Virus record (IMG/VR): IMGVR_UViG_3300020217_000047
Location: 1 to 15,969 of that record
Origin: a virus
Strand: one strand, 5' to 3'
DNA: 15,969 bases
The notes below the pieces were generated by a model. The model did no database searches. It was not told the origin of the DNA and saw nothing but the letters and a program-made list of their open reading frames with translations. The position numbers were made by a program, and so were the translations under genes. Positions 5,054 to 13,019 of the stretch are shown here, piece by piece (the stretch's first letter is position 1; every line of letters starts with the position of its first letter).

Positions 5054-6985
5054 TTAATTTATTAACTCATTTTTACGTTTATTTTTGACAATATTACTTC
5101 CTACCAACCTTGATAATGTTGTGGCAATTGTGTTAGATGATTCTAACAATAATAAATATAAACAATCTCTTAATTTTATTTTATCACCTGCTTGTAAAGA
5201 TGGACCACTACCTCTTGTTATATCACTCTCTTCAACTTCTATAATTGTGTTCAAGTCTTTTAAGTAATCTAGTGTTATCATACATGTCATAATTTTAGTT
5301 AATGATGCTGGATATCCTTGTTCTAAAGAACGAACACTACCTATTGGATTAAAATTTCTTTCGGTATATGTGGCGGGGTTAATACCGTTCAGTAAAACAG
5401 CTGCACCCATTTTTGCATCAATATCATTATACAAAAGGTTATTTGCTTCACTTTCAGTTGGTTCATTTCCTTTTCCAAAAGCACTTGTTAAATTAACAAC
5501 AATTACATTATCAACATATCCATCTAAATTAGCATTATGCATTGCACCCACGTATAATGTATGTGATTGTTCTTCGTTTGTTTCAAAATAAATAGATGCA
5601 CGTTCAAAACCATCTGTTGTTCTTGAAATTGACCCTTCAATAATATTTCCATTAATTCTCGTTTGCAACCCTATTGCTCCTTGTGTGTAATCAATACAAT
5701 TACACATGCAACTAATAAAATATTTTTGTCCACCTAAAAAATTGACTGTTTTTCCAATTTGAGATGAAGTACCGTTTGAGGTTACGTTTAAACTATGAGG
5801 TGCAGAATACCAATACACATCTGAAATGCTAGGGTCACCGCTTAAAATATCCCATGTATCTAAACCTTCTGAAAAATTACCATTTTGTAAGAGGGTTTCA
5901 GCAAAACTAGCTTTTTGTCCATTTGCTAAAGCACGGGTTGCATTATCGTACATTAACCTTGTTGAAGTGTATCTGCTTTCATTAGCATCTAATACAACAC
6001 CTGCATATGACTTTGTTGTGTCTTTTGAGTTTACAATGGAAAATAAGTTCATTGTGTTTTGACCATTTGACGTTAATGTACCAGTTTTTCCTCCCATTAA
6101 TTGGTAATTGTTATCAATAGTACTTTTTAATACGGTACTAACTAAATCTAAATTTCTATTGTTTTTCCCTAAAATTTCTATGGTTCTTTCTTTTGTACCC
6201 CACGTATGGGATATATCTTTATAGGCACTAGCATGCAATCCCATCAACAACATATCTTTAGCTGTTGTTATTTGTTCTTCATGTGGTAATCCATGAGGAT
6301 TCATAAATTTTGTATTAAACATACCTATGTCTTTCGCTTTATCATTCATTGCATCTATAAATGTTTTTTTTGCTAAGGATTCATTAACATTTTCAGAAAA
6401 AGGATATTTAACATAGTTTTCAAATTCATCGAGTTGTTGATTTACTAAATTAATTTCATTACTCACATTATCTGTTGTTTTATTTAGTTTTGATTCAACA
6501 TATTCTGTCGTGTCCTCTAATTTTGTTTCTACATTGGAAGTTGTTTGTGCCAACTGTTGATTAACTGAATTAATATTATCGTCTATTTTTTGATTCAAAC
6601 GACTAACATCTTCTTCACGTTGTTGCACATTTTGTGCCAATTGTTGATTAACTGAATTCAGTTCATTATCAACATAATCAGTTGTTTCATTTAATTTTGT
6701 TTCTACATTGGAAGTTGTATCTTCCATTTCTGTATTTACTCTTTGTTCCATATCCTTTACATCTCGACGGTAATTTTCGACTTGTGCATTATAATTTCCA
6801 GTAAGCGACCAATATTCTTCATTATTAATATCAATACCAGCAGGCACATTTTTCTTTGAAGTATATGAACTACCTTCCCATAATACAATAGAAAGACTTT
6901 CATAATTCTTTTCTTTATCCCAAACTCCATCAGGTTTAGGCACGTACCTATTACCAACATAAATATTTTTGTATTTACTATCCAA
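5054..6985 (-). CDS. Tail fibre / appendage (receptor-binding) protein, 643 aa: N-terminal anchor, repetitive coiled coil, then a circularly permuted S11 DD-peptidase fold with an inserted jelly-roll carbohydrate-binding-like domain
   Basis: The coiled coil has TTSNVETKL and N(S/L)VNQQL(A/D) repeats (aa 85-190). Aa 205-350 carry FIDAMNDKAKDIGMFNTKFMNPHGL...TTAKDM...GGKTGT (KTG box). Aa 362-515 start NGNFSEGLDTWD and end LTSAFGKGNEPT (CBM-like). Aa 525-632 carry YPASLTKIMT (SxxK) and ESSNTIA (SxN). TTG start at 6985 with SD AAAGGGG. Confidence 0.8.
   Translation of the reverse strand: MDSKYKNIYVGNRYVPKPDGVWDKEKNYESLSIVLWEGSSYTSKKNVPAGIDINNEEYWSLTGNYNAQVENYRRDVKDMEQRVNTEMEDTTSNVETKLNETTDYVDNELNSVNQQLAQNVQQREEDVSRLNQKIDDNINSVNQQLAQTTSNVETKLEDTTEYVESKLNKTTDNVSNEINLVNQQLDEFENYVKYPFSENVNESLAKKTFIDAMNDKAKDIGMFNTKFMNPHGLPHEEQITTAKDMLLMGLHASAYKDISHTWGTKERTIEILGKNNRNLDLVSTVLKSTIDNNYQLMGGKTGTLTSNGQNTMNLFSIVNSKDTTKSYAGVVLDANESRYTSTRLMYDNATRALANGQKASFAETLLQNGNFSEGLDTWDILSGDPSISDVYWYSAPHSLNVTSNGTSSQIGKTVNFLGGQKYFISCMCNCIDYTQGAIGLQTRINGNIIEGSISRTTDGFERASIYFETNEEQSHTLYVGAMHNANLDGYVDNVIVVNLTSAFGKGNEPTESEANNLLYNDIDAKMGAAVLLNGINPATYTERNFNPIGSVRSLEQGYPASLTKIMTCMITLDYLKDLNTIIEVEESDITRGSGPSLQAGDKIKLRDCLYLLLLESSNTIATTLSRLVGSNIVKNKRKNELIN
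6519..6718. repeat. Near-identical direct DNA repeats inside the tail-fibre coiled-coil region
   Basis: A 26-nt exact repeat, aattttgtttctacattggaagttgt, occurs at 6519-6544 and 6693-6718. A 28-nt repeat, tttgtgccaa(c/t)tgttgattaactgaatt, occurs at 6544-6571 and 6631-6658 with one mismatch. Confidence 0.9.
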
Positions 6986-6998
6986 TTAAAAAACCCCT

Positions 6999-7397
6999 TT
7001 AATATTTTAAAACTAAATGACCATCATCAGTAGAATCGAATGTGATCGTGTTCCAACTATCAGGAATAACAGCAATAAAATACCCATCATTTAATCCGAA
7101 CCATACAATTTTTGATATTCTAGCCACTATATCAGTTAAATTTCTATCAATCCATTGTTCTAAACTATCTATATATTGTTCAACTAAATAGTCACCTTCT
7201 ACAATTCTTTCCAGTTCACTATTTATTTTTTCCTGCATATCTTTTATGGATTGAGCGAGTTTTTCGTCCTGACACTCTATTCTTTCAGCCATCATTTTTA
7301 GATATTCGTTTACCTTTGCTAAATAATCATAATAACTTTTTGCATTGGTTTTATAATCAGCACGTTTTGTATAAGATGGATAGAAACGTTTCGACAA
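6999..7397 (-). CDS. Structural protein of unknown function (132 aa, helical), probably associated with the neck or tail fibre
   Basis: SD AAAGGAGGGA lies 6 nt upstream of TTG at 7397 (product begins SKRFYPSYTKRADYKTNAKSYYDYLAKV). The track ORF (150 aa, to 7451) would overlap the upstream gene and has no SD. The gene sits between the lower collar and the tail fibre. The SYYDYL motif resembles N-termini of fibre proteins in Gram-positive phages (from memory, weak). Confidence 0.55.
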   Translation of the reverse strand: MSKRFYPSYTKRADYKTNAKSYYDYLAKVNEYLKMMAERIECQDEKLAQSIKDMQEKINSELERIVEGDYLVEQYIDSLEQWIDRNLTDIVARISKIVWFGLNDGYFIAVIPDSWNTITFDSTDDGHLVLKY

Positions 7398-7413
7398 TAT
7401 AAATCCCTCCTTT

Positions 7414-8154
7414 CTAAAAGACTTGCATAAAACAATTCTTTTCAAATTCAATAAAAACAGATTCTAGCAAGCCTTTTATTTTTATCAGATTGTCCATGGA
7501 ATATTGTCGGCTGATTGTATTTCCTTTTGTTTTTCCTATTGTTTCATTTTCATTTTCACCGATAGAAGTATTTTCATTGGTTGCACCGTCTTTACTTTTC
7601 GACAAATTAAACTCATTGGCATAGTCTAGTTCTGTATCATCCAAATTTACATTTACTTGTGATTGTGGTAAATCTGTTCTTGCATTTCTATTTTCGTTTA
7701 CCCCTTCATTTTTACCAGTCTGTTCATTCTTTGTTTTTCCTTTTGTAATACTATCATTTTCACCAGTCTGTTCACTTGTTTGTTCATTGGTTAGGAAAGA
7801 ATTTATATCATAGATATGATTGATAAATTCATCATTCATTAAAAAAGTTGTTCTTACTTTCATTGAAAAATCTTCTATTGTTTGAGCATTGATAGACTTA
7901 TTCAAGAAATGAAGAAGAAAGGTTTTCTTGAAATGTTTATCCGCATTTTCATCTATTAACCGTTCTCCTTTAAAAATTAAACCTTCCATTATATCTTGAA
8001 TATCTTTATCATAATCACTAATCTTTTTCATGAATGAAAAACTAGGGTCATGAAATGTCCATTTCCCATTGTTTTCTAGTTCATTAAACCCTCTTAAATC
8101 TAATTCACTATGGATAACATCATATAGATTAGGTGTTTTACTCAAGGTTTTCAC
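7414..8154 (-). CDS. Lower collar / tail tube protein (phi29 gp11 role)
   Basis: The gene lies immediately downstream of, and overlaps, the portal gene. Its size of about 245 aa is typical of small podovirus lower collars. It has a long polar central segment with EQTG(E/K)N repeats, which could form the tube hairpins. The start is ambiguous: either GTG at 8154, or TTG at 8145, which lies 5 nt after AAGGTGA. Confidence 0.6.
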   Translation of the reverse strand: MKTLSKTPNLYDVIHSELDLRGFNELENNGKWTFHDPSFSFMKKISDYDKDIQDIMEGLIFKGERLIDENADKHFKKTFLLHFLNKSINAQTIEDFSMKVRTTFLMNDEFINHIYDINSFLTNEQTSEQTGENDSITKGKTKNEQTGKNEGVNENRNARTDLPQSQVNVNLDDTELDYANEFNLSKSKDGATNENTSIGENENETIGKTKGNTISRQYSMDNLIKIKGLLESVFIEFEKNCFMQVF

Positions 8155-9103
8155 CTTCTTCTAACTTCTCTAATTCCATTATTTCACTTGCAACTTCATC
8201 ATTATAGATCACTTCAATATTTGTACCATAGCGTTTATTCAATTTCTTGAAAGCATGGTTTCTAGCTTCAATTTTAATATTAGCCATTGAAGTGGTAAAG
8301 GCTCTATTACTTTTCGCTTCCGTATCAGATACCCCACTTGACTTTTCCACCGCTAAACTATTAATTCCTAGCATGTTATTTAGTTCACTGATTTTATTTT
8401 GATATTCTCTTTTCAGTTCTGAAAATTGCATAGCAATGTTATCATTTTGTACACTTATCATGTTTTCGTCTACATCAAAATATTTACCAGTTTTAACAAA
8501 AGGTGAACCATTATATAGATCAGATACAAGTTGAACGATTGATTCGTCATTTTCGTCACCTTTAAAAAAGGTCTGTATTTTTGTTTGCATGGTTAGACTA
8601 TATCGGGATAAAACAATTTCAGCTAGTTCTTTTGTGTAGTGATTAATGATTTCTCTGTCCGACACATAGTTAAAAGTCTTGTTACGAACAACAACAAAAT
8701 TTCCTGTCTGACAATCATCTATATAAGAAATTTCTTTCATTTCGTTTGGGATAAACATTTTAGGAATTGTAAAATGTATATCTTCTTTTGTAATTACATT
8801 ACTAGAAAATAAGTTATCGGGGTTTTCTAGGGTATCTCTAGTTGTTACATACCCTAAAACTTGTACAGCCCCATTTTTTGCTTCCCCTATCACCACGTTA
8901 TAATTTTGTGTAAGAGCAGCTTCTAATTTTAAAAAGTCAATCGCTATATTATCAGGTTTGGTATAACTGAAAAGAGTGGGTAACATTTCCAAATAACGTA
9001 ACGAAAAAATTCGTATAAATTGTTGCTTATGTTGCACCACTCTTTCTTTTAGTTTGTCAGCTAAATCTAAACCAATCCCACCTCTTTCGATAAAGTTTGT
9101 CAT
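8138..9103 (-). CDS. Portal / upper collar connector protein (phi29 gp10-like), 321 aa
   Basis: Blocks align by eye with the remembered phi29 p10 sequence. [45 protein letters not shown] matches [66 protein letters not shown]...[12 protein letters not shown] matches [20 protein letters not shown]...NELYGLNVKVKF. The C-terminus is acidic, and the gene sits directly after the capsid gene. Confidence 0.85.
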   Translation of the reverse strand: [321 protein letters not shown]

Positions 9104-9104
9104 A

Positions 9105-10283
9105 TTAATTACCTACTTTAATAGAATTGTAGAATGGGGAAACAGATTTTGAACTGTAGTAATGTAACCAATACGTTACTTCGTCAAATTCTCCATTATA
9201 AAAAGGTGTTTTTAACATGTCTTTTGTATAACGTTTGTATCGTAATTTATTAATGTCGAAAATAAAAGCAAATTGATCGGTCTCAGGTTTAATTTCAACG
9301 ACTTTATCTGTAAAATCAGTTAATGAAGAAACATCAAACGTAATTACAACACCTGATGGTATGGTATCTCCCATTTCAATTTGATAGTCGTTATAGGTTC
9401 TGAAGTAATTAATGGTATCTTGACTAGCTACCTCAACATCTGCTGTGGTACGATACACCCCTCCTAGATCATCAAAAGAAATGATACGGTTAGACAGGTC
9501 TAAACCTTCTGCTTGATACGTTCCTGCTAGTTTGGTATCTAATAGATACGTTTTCATTTTGTCGTTTGTTAGGATAGCGGTATTGTCTAGTTTTGTAGAC
9601 GTTGTGTATCGACCTAATTCACCTCCACTTGCTTTGTTCGCTTCATTATACTTGTCAGAGTTATTTTGAATATTTAAGATAGCTTCAAACGTATTTTTAA
9701 ATACTTCTTCTGCTGATGTGGCAGGTCTAGTATCTTTTGTTACATTTAAAGCATAGTCTACTAACATGCCTTTGATTTCTCTTTCTTCTGATACGTTAAT
9801 ATCGGATATACGTTTCTTATAAACAGATAGAGCATAAGAAACGGCATCACCTAAAGTAGAAAAGTTCAAACGAACATCATTATTATTTAAGGTAAACTTT
9901 TGTTTCTTTAAAATTCCCGTACCATATAATTTACTAGCAATTTTAGGGTAGTTTCTTTTTAACATTAATTCTTCACTTTTCGATAGGTTCATAGAAATTG
10001 GAACACTATCCAAAATCACGTATTCCTCTGAATACTGTCCAATAAAATCTTCTTCTTTTGCCAACCAGTCAAATCGGTTGCCTAGATCAGCGTGAATTAA
10101 AAGCGTTTCATTGATTTTAGGAAAAAGATATTTATTAATAAACGTTTCAAATTGCTTACCTACACTTGTCCAGTTTGTTCCAAACGTCCAACCTGCATTA
10201 AAGTCATTATTAAACTGTTGCAAGGCTGATAAAGCTGAACCTGATAAAACTTTATTTGTTGTCTTTTTTGGTGTTGTTGCCAT
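9105..10283 (-). CDS. Major capsid protein (392 aa)
   Basis: Called from synteny: scaffold-like gene, microgene, this gene, then portal. The size is typical of small Picovirinae-type capsid proteins. A strong SD (ATAGGAGGT) lies upstream. No motif-level proof can be obtained by eye. Confidence 0.7.
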   Translation of the reverse strand: MATTPKKTTNKVLSGSALSALQQFNNDFNAGWTFGTNWTSVGKQFETFINKYLFPKINETLLIHADLGNRFDWLAKEEDFIGQYSEEYVILDSVPISMNLSKSEELMLKRNYPKIASKLYGTGILKKQKFTLNNNDVRLNFSTLGDAVSYALSVYKKRISDINVSEEREIKGMLVDYALNVTKDTRPATSAEEVFKNTFEAILNIQNNSDKYNEANKASGGELGRYTTSTKLDNTAILTNDKMKTYLLDTKLAGTYQAEGLDLSNRIISFDDLGGVYRTTADVEVASQDTINYFRTYNDYQIEMGDTIPSGVVITFDVSSLTDFTDKVVEIKPETDQFAFIFDINKLRYKRYTKDMLKTPFYNGEFDEVTYWLHYYSSKSVSPFYNSIKVGN

Positions 10284-10438
10284 TAATTATTACCTCCTAT
10301 ATTTTTAATTATACGTGTATATTCATCTTGTGACGAATTTTTAATCGTCATGTTATTATTTAATTCTCTGGACTTATCTAATTTGTTATCTTTAAAATCA
10401 GACTTCATCATAGGTCTAGTATTGTTAATTTCTGCCAT
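10283..10438 (-). CDS. Hypothetical 51-aa protein (MAEINNTRPMMKSDFKDNKLDKSRELNNNMTIKNSSQDEYTRIIKNIGGNN) between the scaffold-like and capsid genes
   Basis: Translated by hand; not in the ORF track. SD TAGGAGGT lies 7 nt upstream of ATG at 10438. The TAA stop overlaps the capsid ATG (TAATG), and the capsid SD lies within its last codons. Confidence 0.6.
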   Translation of the reverse strand: MAEINNTRPMMKSDFKDNKLDKSRELNNNMTIKNSSQDEYTRIIKNIGGNN

Positions 10439-10450
10439 GTTTAAAACCTC

Positions 10451-10690
10451 CTATTCAATATTTAATAATTGTTCAACTTCGTCTATTTCTTCTTCTGTAG
10501 GTTCTGTTTCTTCATTGTTATTATTTTCATCTTCATTATTGTTTTCTTCCTTGTTGTTAGTTTGTGAAAGACCTTCAAGAGTTTGTTTTGTTTCCTGTAA
10601 TTGCGTTTGCAAATCTGTTAAAAAACTTTCTAAATCTGCTTTTGTTTTCAATTTTAATCCTTCTTGTTTATCTTTGTTATTTTCTGCCAT
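10451..10690 (-). CDS. Acidic helical protein, candidate scaffolding protein (79 aa from the ATG at 10690)
   Basis: SD AGGAGGTG lies 6 nt upstream of ATG at 10690; the track GTG at 10699 is part of that SD. The product has an amphipathic helical N-half and an extremely acidic, Asn-rich C-half (NNKEENNNEDENNNNEETEPTEEEIDEVEQ). It sits just upstream of the capsid gene, like phi29 gp7. Confidence 0.5.
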   Translation of the reverse strand: MAENNKDKQEGLKLKTKADLESFLTDLQTQLQETKQTLEGLSQTNNKEENNNEDENNNNEETEPTEEEIDEVEQLLNIE

Positions 10691-10712
10691 TTTTGACACC
10701 TCCTGTAATTAA

Positions 10713-10741
10713 ATTATAAACGAAAAGAAGGAATTAATCAA
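10713..10741 (-). promoter_or_regulatory. Candidate promoter for the morphogenesis/lysis genes: TTGATT, 17-nt spacer, TATAAT
   Basis: On the - strand the -35 TTGATT (10741-10736) overlaps the polymerase stop codon region. The consensus -10 TATAAT (10718-10713) lies about 15 nt upstream of the scaffold-gene SD. Confidence 0.4.
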
Positions 10742-13019
10742 TATAATCCCTTCTTATCATATCTTCTTCCATTTCTAAATAGATTAATGGTTTTTTCATT
10801 TTCACTTCATTGGTAACAGGGTATAAATCAGATAAAGAAAAAGTTCCAAGTGTCGATTCGATATACATAATGTCAGGTGTATTACCTTCCATTTCTTCTC
10901 TTATTTTGTTGAATAATTTTTGTTTGAACGTATCGTAATTTTCGTCATAGGAAAAAATTCGATAGCCTTGACCTATGGATAGTTCTGTACTAGCAGGATA
11001 AATTGAAATGGTTCCTTGTTCATTGTAGATTGCTTTATTTGTTTGGATTGTAACCCCATCTGAAAACTGTGTTTTTATAAATTCGTCAAAAGACATATTT
11101 CGATCAAAGCTATCATGTGGCACACCACCACTTTTAATGATGATTTCTCCATCAACAACATAAGCATATTTTTTATGATTGAGTACATAGAATTGTTCGA
11201 TTTCATCATCTTGTATATCCCACTTTCCTAAATGGTAGGGATGGAATAGATTAGGTGATAGTTTATGCCTGATTTTACTTTTAAAGTATAAGCTGTCTGT
11301 ATCGGTATAGATCAGGTTATCATCTATTTCTTTTTGAGTAAGATATTTCAAAGGATCCAATAAGTTATATAGGGATACACTTGTTACGAATATACTAAAT
11401 ACAATATTTCTTTCATTGTTCTTATATCCATTCGGAACATTTTCCAAACTGTCACCATGATAACGGAATAAATTAAAATAAGGTCGTAAAGCTGGAATAC
11501 CGTATAAACCGTTCAATAATACTTTGGAATTGTCTACCTCTTCATTTGAAAATTTTTCCTTGTTTTCTTCTTCGGTTATTTCAATATCGTAAGGGCTGTT
11601 CATGACTATTTTTTTATTAAGTTTTCCTTGTGTTTTAATATAGTAATTTTCTTCAATATGTTGCCTGCTACCAAAGTACCTACATTCAAACGTGACATAG
11701 GAAAGAACATGTAACTGTTTAAATTCTAAGCCTGTGATATTCTCTATCATTTTAATCGTATATGTGTTGATATTAATAAAGTCATTCTTGGAATAGTATT
11801 TTACTAAGATTTGACGTAATAAGCGACTGTTTATCCTGTCTATGATTTCATTATCAAAACGTTTTTTGGTCATTCGGTAGAGAGTATATTCTTCGTCACG
11901 TTGATGAATCGGTATACTCTTTTCTATTTCATACGATTCATAACTTTTTAAAAATGTTGGTACTTTAAAATCATGCATAGCATATGGATAACTAGAATTA
12001 ATATCTATCGAAAACATTTTCTCTTTGATGATTTTACCAACATATTTTTGGTTATACATGTTCAGCCCACCACTATAAAAAGGCTTTAAATAATCATAAA
12101 AATTTTCGTTTGCAAATTTATAATTGGTATACTTGATATGTTTTCCATCTTTATTGTCACCAACTTTTTTAAGCAATTGATAACTTGTAAGATCATTGTC
12201 ATTATAAAAGTCTAATATATTAGATGTAAATGTGATTTTACTATAATCAAATCCTTTGAAAATTTGAGAATAATATTTAACAGAATAGGCAAGAATGATA
12301 ACATCATTCTCAATATAAGTTAGTTCATCTTTATCTAAGTTATTAAACACCTCATGAGCATACTCGTGGGCTTCTTCTTCCGTCATGTCATACGGTTTAT
12401 TGTATTTGCTATAGTTAAAATCCGTCTTTAGCTGATCGTCTGTTAAAACGTTAATCCGCTTTAATTTATGACCTAGTGTTGCAATAGAAACATTTGTTTT
12501 CATAAAGTTATCTGTTGTAAAAAAATGGATTCCTTTCAGAAAGAAAATTAATTCTAAGTTATTGCTTGACTTGATCCTCTTTTCTAAAATAATACCTTGC
12601 TGTTTTTCTTCTTTTGTCACCTTTGACGATTTAACCGTTAGGGTGTTTCCTTCTTCTGTTGCGTTTTTCAAGTACATATTTTTAACTATGGTTTCAGGGT
12701 AATAATATAAAATATCATGTCTTAAAAAATGATTGTCGTATTTGTTATTATTATGTGCTATTAGTTCTACCTTCGGGGTTGTTTTCCACTTTGACCAGGC
12801 ATTGAATATCGTTTCAAAGAATTGCCAAAAATTAGGGAATTTACTAATGTGTAGATCGTTACCGTCAAAATATGAAACAGCTAGGGAGTAGGTGACGTTC
12901 TTATATTTTGATGGTTTTTCCTTTCCTTCTTCTTCATTGTATTGTAAAGTTTCTATGTCAAAGAATAAACGTATATTCTTTTCTTTTCGATATTTGAGTA
13001 AATAATCTTTTAAGATCAT
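10734..13019 (-). CDS. Protein-primed family-B DNA polymerase (761 aa)
   Basis: All hallmark motifs are in the canonical order: Exo I FFDIETL, Exo II HNNNKYDNHFL, Exo III YIENDVIIL, motif A DINSSYPYAM (Dx2SLYP), motif B KVLLNGLYG (Kx3NSxYG), motif C YTDTDS and KxY HKKYAY. The ATG overlaps the ATPase stop (ATGA). Confidence 0.95.
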   Translation of the reverse strand: MILKDYLLKYRKEKNIRLFFDIETLQYNEEEGKEKPSKYKNVTYSLAVSYFDGNDLHISKFPNFWQFFETIFNAWSKWKTTPKVELIAHNNNKYDNHFLRHDILYYYPETIVKNMYLKNATEEGNTLTVKSSKVTKEEKQQGIILEKRIKSSNNLELIFFLKGIHFFTTDNFMKTNVSIATLGHKLKRINVLTDDQLKTDFNYSKYNKPYDMTEEEAHEYAHEVFNNLDKDELTYIENDVIILAYSVKYYSQIFKGFDYSKITFTSNILDFYNDNDLTSYQLLKKVGDNKDGKHIKYTNYKFANENFYDYLKPFYSGGLNMYNQKYVGKIIKEKMFSIDINSSYPYAMHDFKVPTFLKSYESYEIEKSIPIHQRDEEYTLYRMTKKRFDNEIIDRINSRLLRQILVKYYSKNDFININTYTIKMIENITGLEFKQLHVLSYVTFECRYFGSRQHIEENYYIKTQGKLNKKIVMNSPYDIEITEEENKEKFSNEEVDNSKVLLNGLYGIPALRPYFNLFRYHGDSLENVPNGYKNNERNIVFSIFVTSVSLYNLLDPLKYLTQKEIDDNLIYTDTDSLYFKSKIRHKLSPNLFHPYHLGKWDIQDDEIEQFYVLNHKKYAYVVDGEIIIKSGGVPHDSFDRNMSFDEFIKTQFSDGVTIQTNKAIYNEQGTISIYPASTELSIGQGYRIFSYDENYDTFKQKLFNKIREEMEGNTPDIMYIESTLGTFSLSDLYPVTNEVKMKKPLIYLEMEEDMIRRDYID

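Noticed and set aside
5090-6373. The two S11 peptidase halves considered as fragments of a decayed or misassembled gene (a pseudogene, or a rearrangement artefact).
   Set aside because: They lie in one uninterrupted 643-codon frame with all catalytic motifs intact. The break point is a single clean junction of the canonical domain, which fits a genuine circular permutation better than decay.
6757-6960. A 67-aa - strand ORF in an alternative frame inside the tail-fibre gene.
   Set aside because: It has no SD, the peptide is hydrophobic and junk-like, and it is wholly nested in a gene whose own frame has clear domain content.
7398-7451. The N-terminal 18 codons of the 150-aa track ORF (MNLKRIVLCKSFRKEGFI).
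   Set aside because: This extension would overlap the lower-collar gene by 38 nt and has no SD. A near-perfect SD (AAAGGAGGGA) sits 6 nt before the internal TTG at 7397, and the extension is simply that SD region read through.
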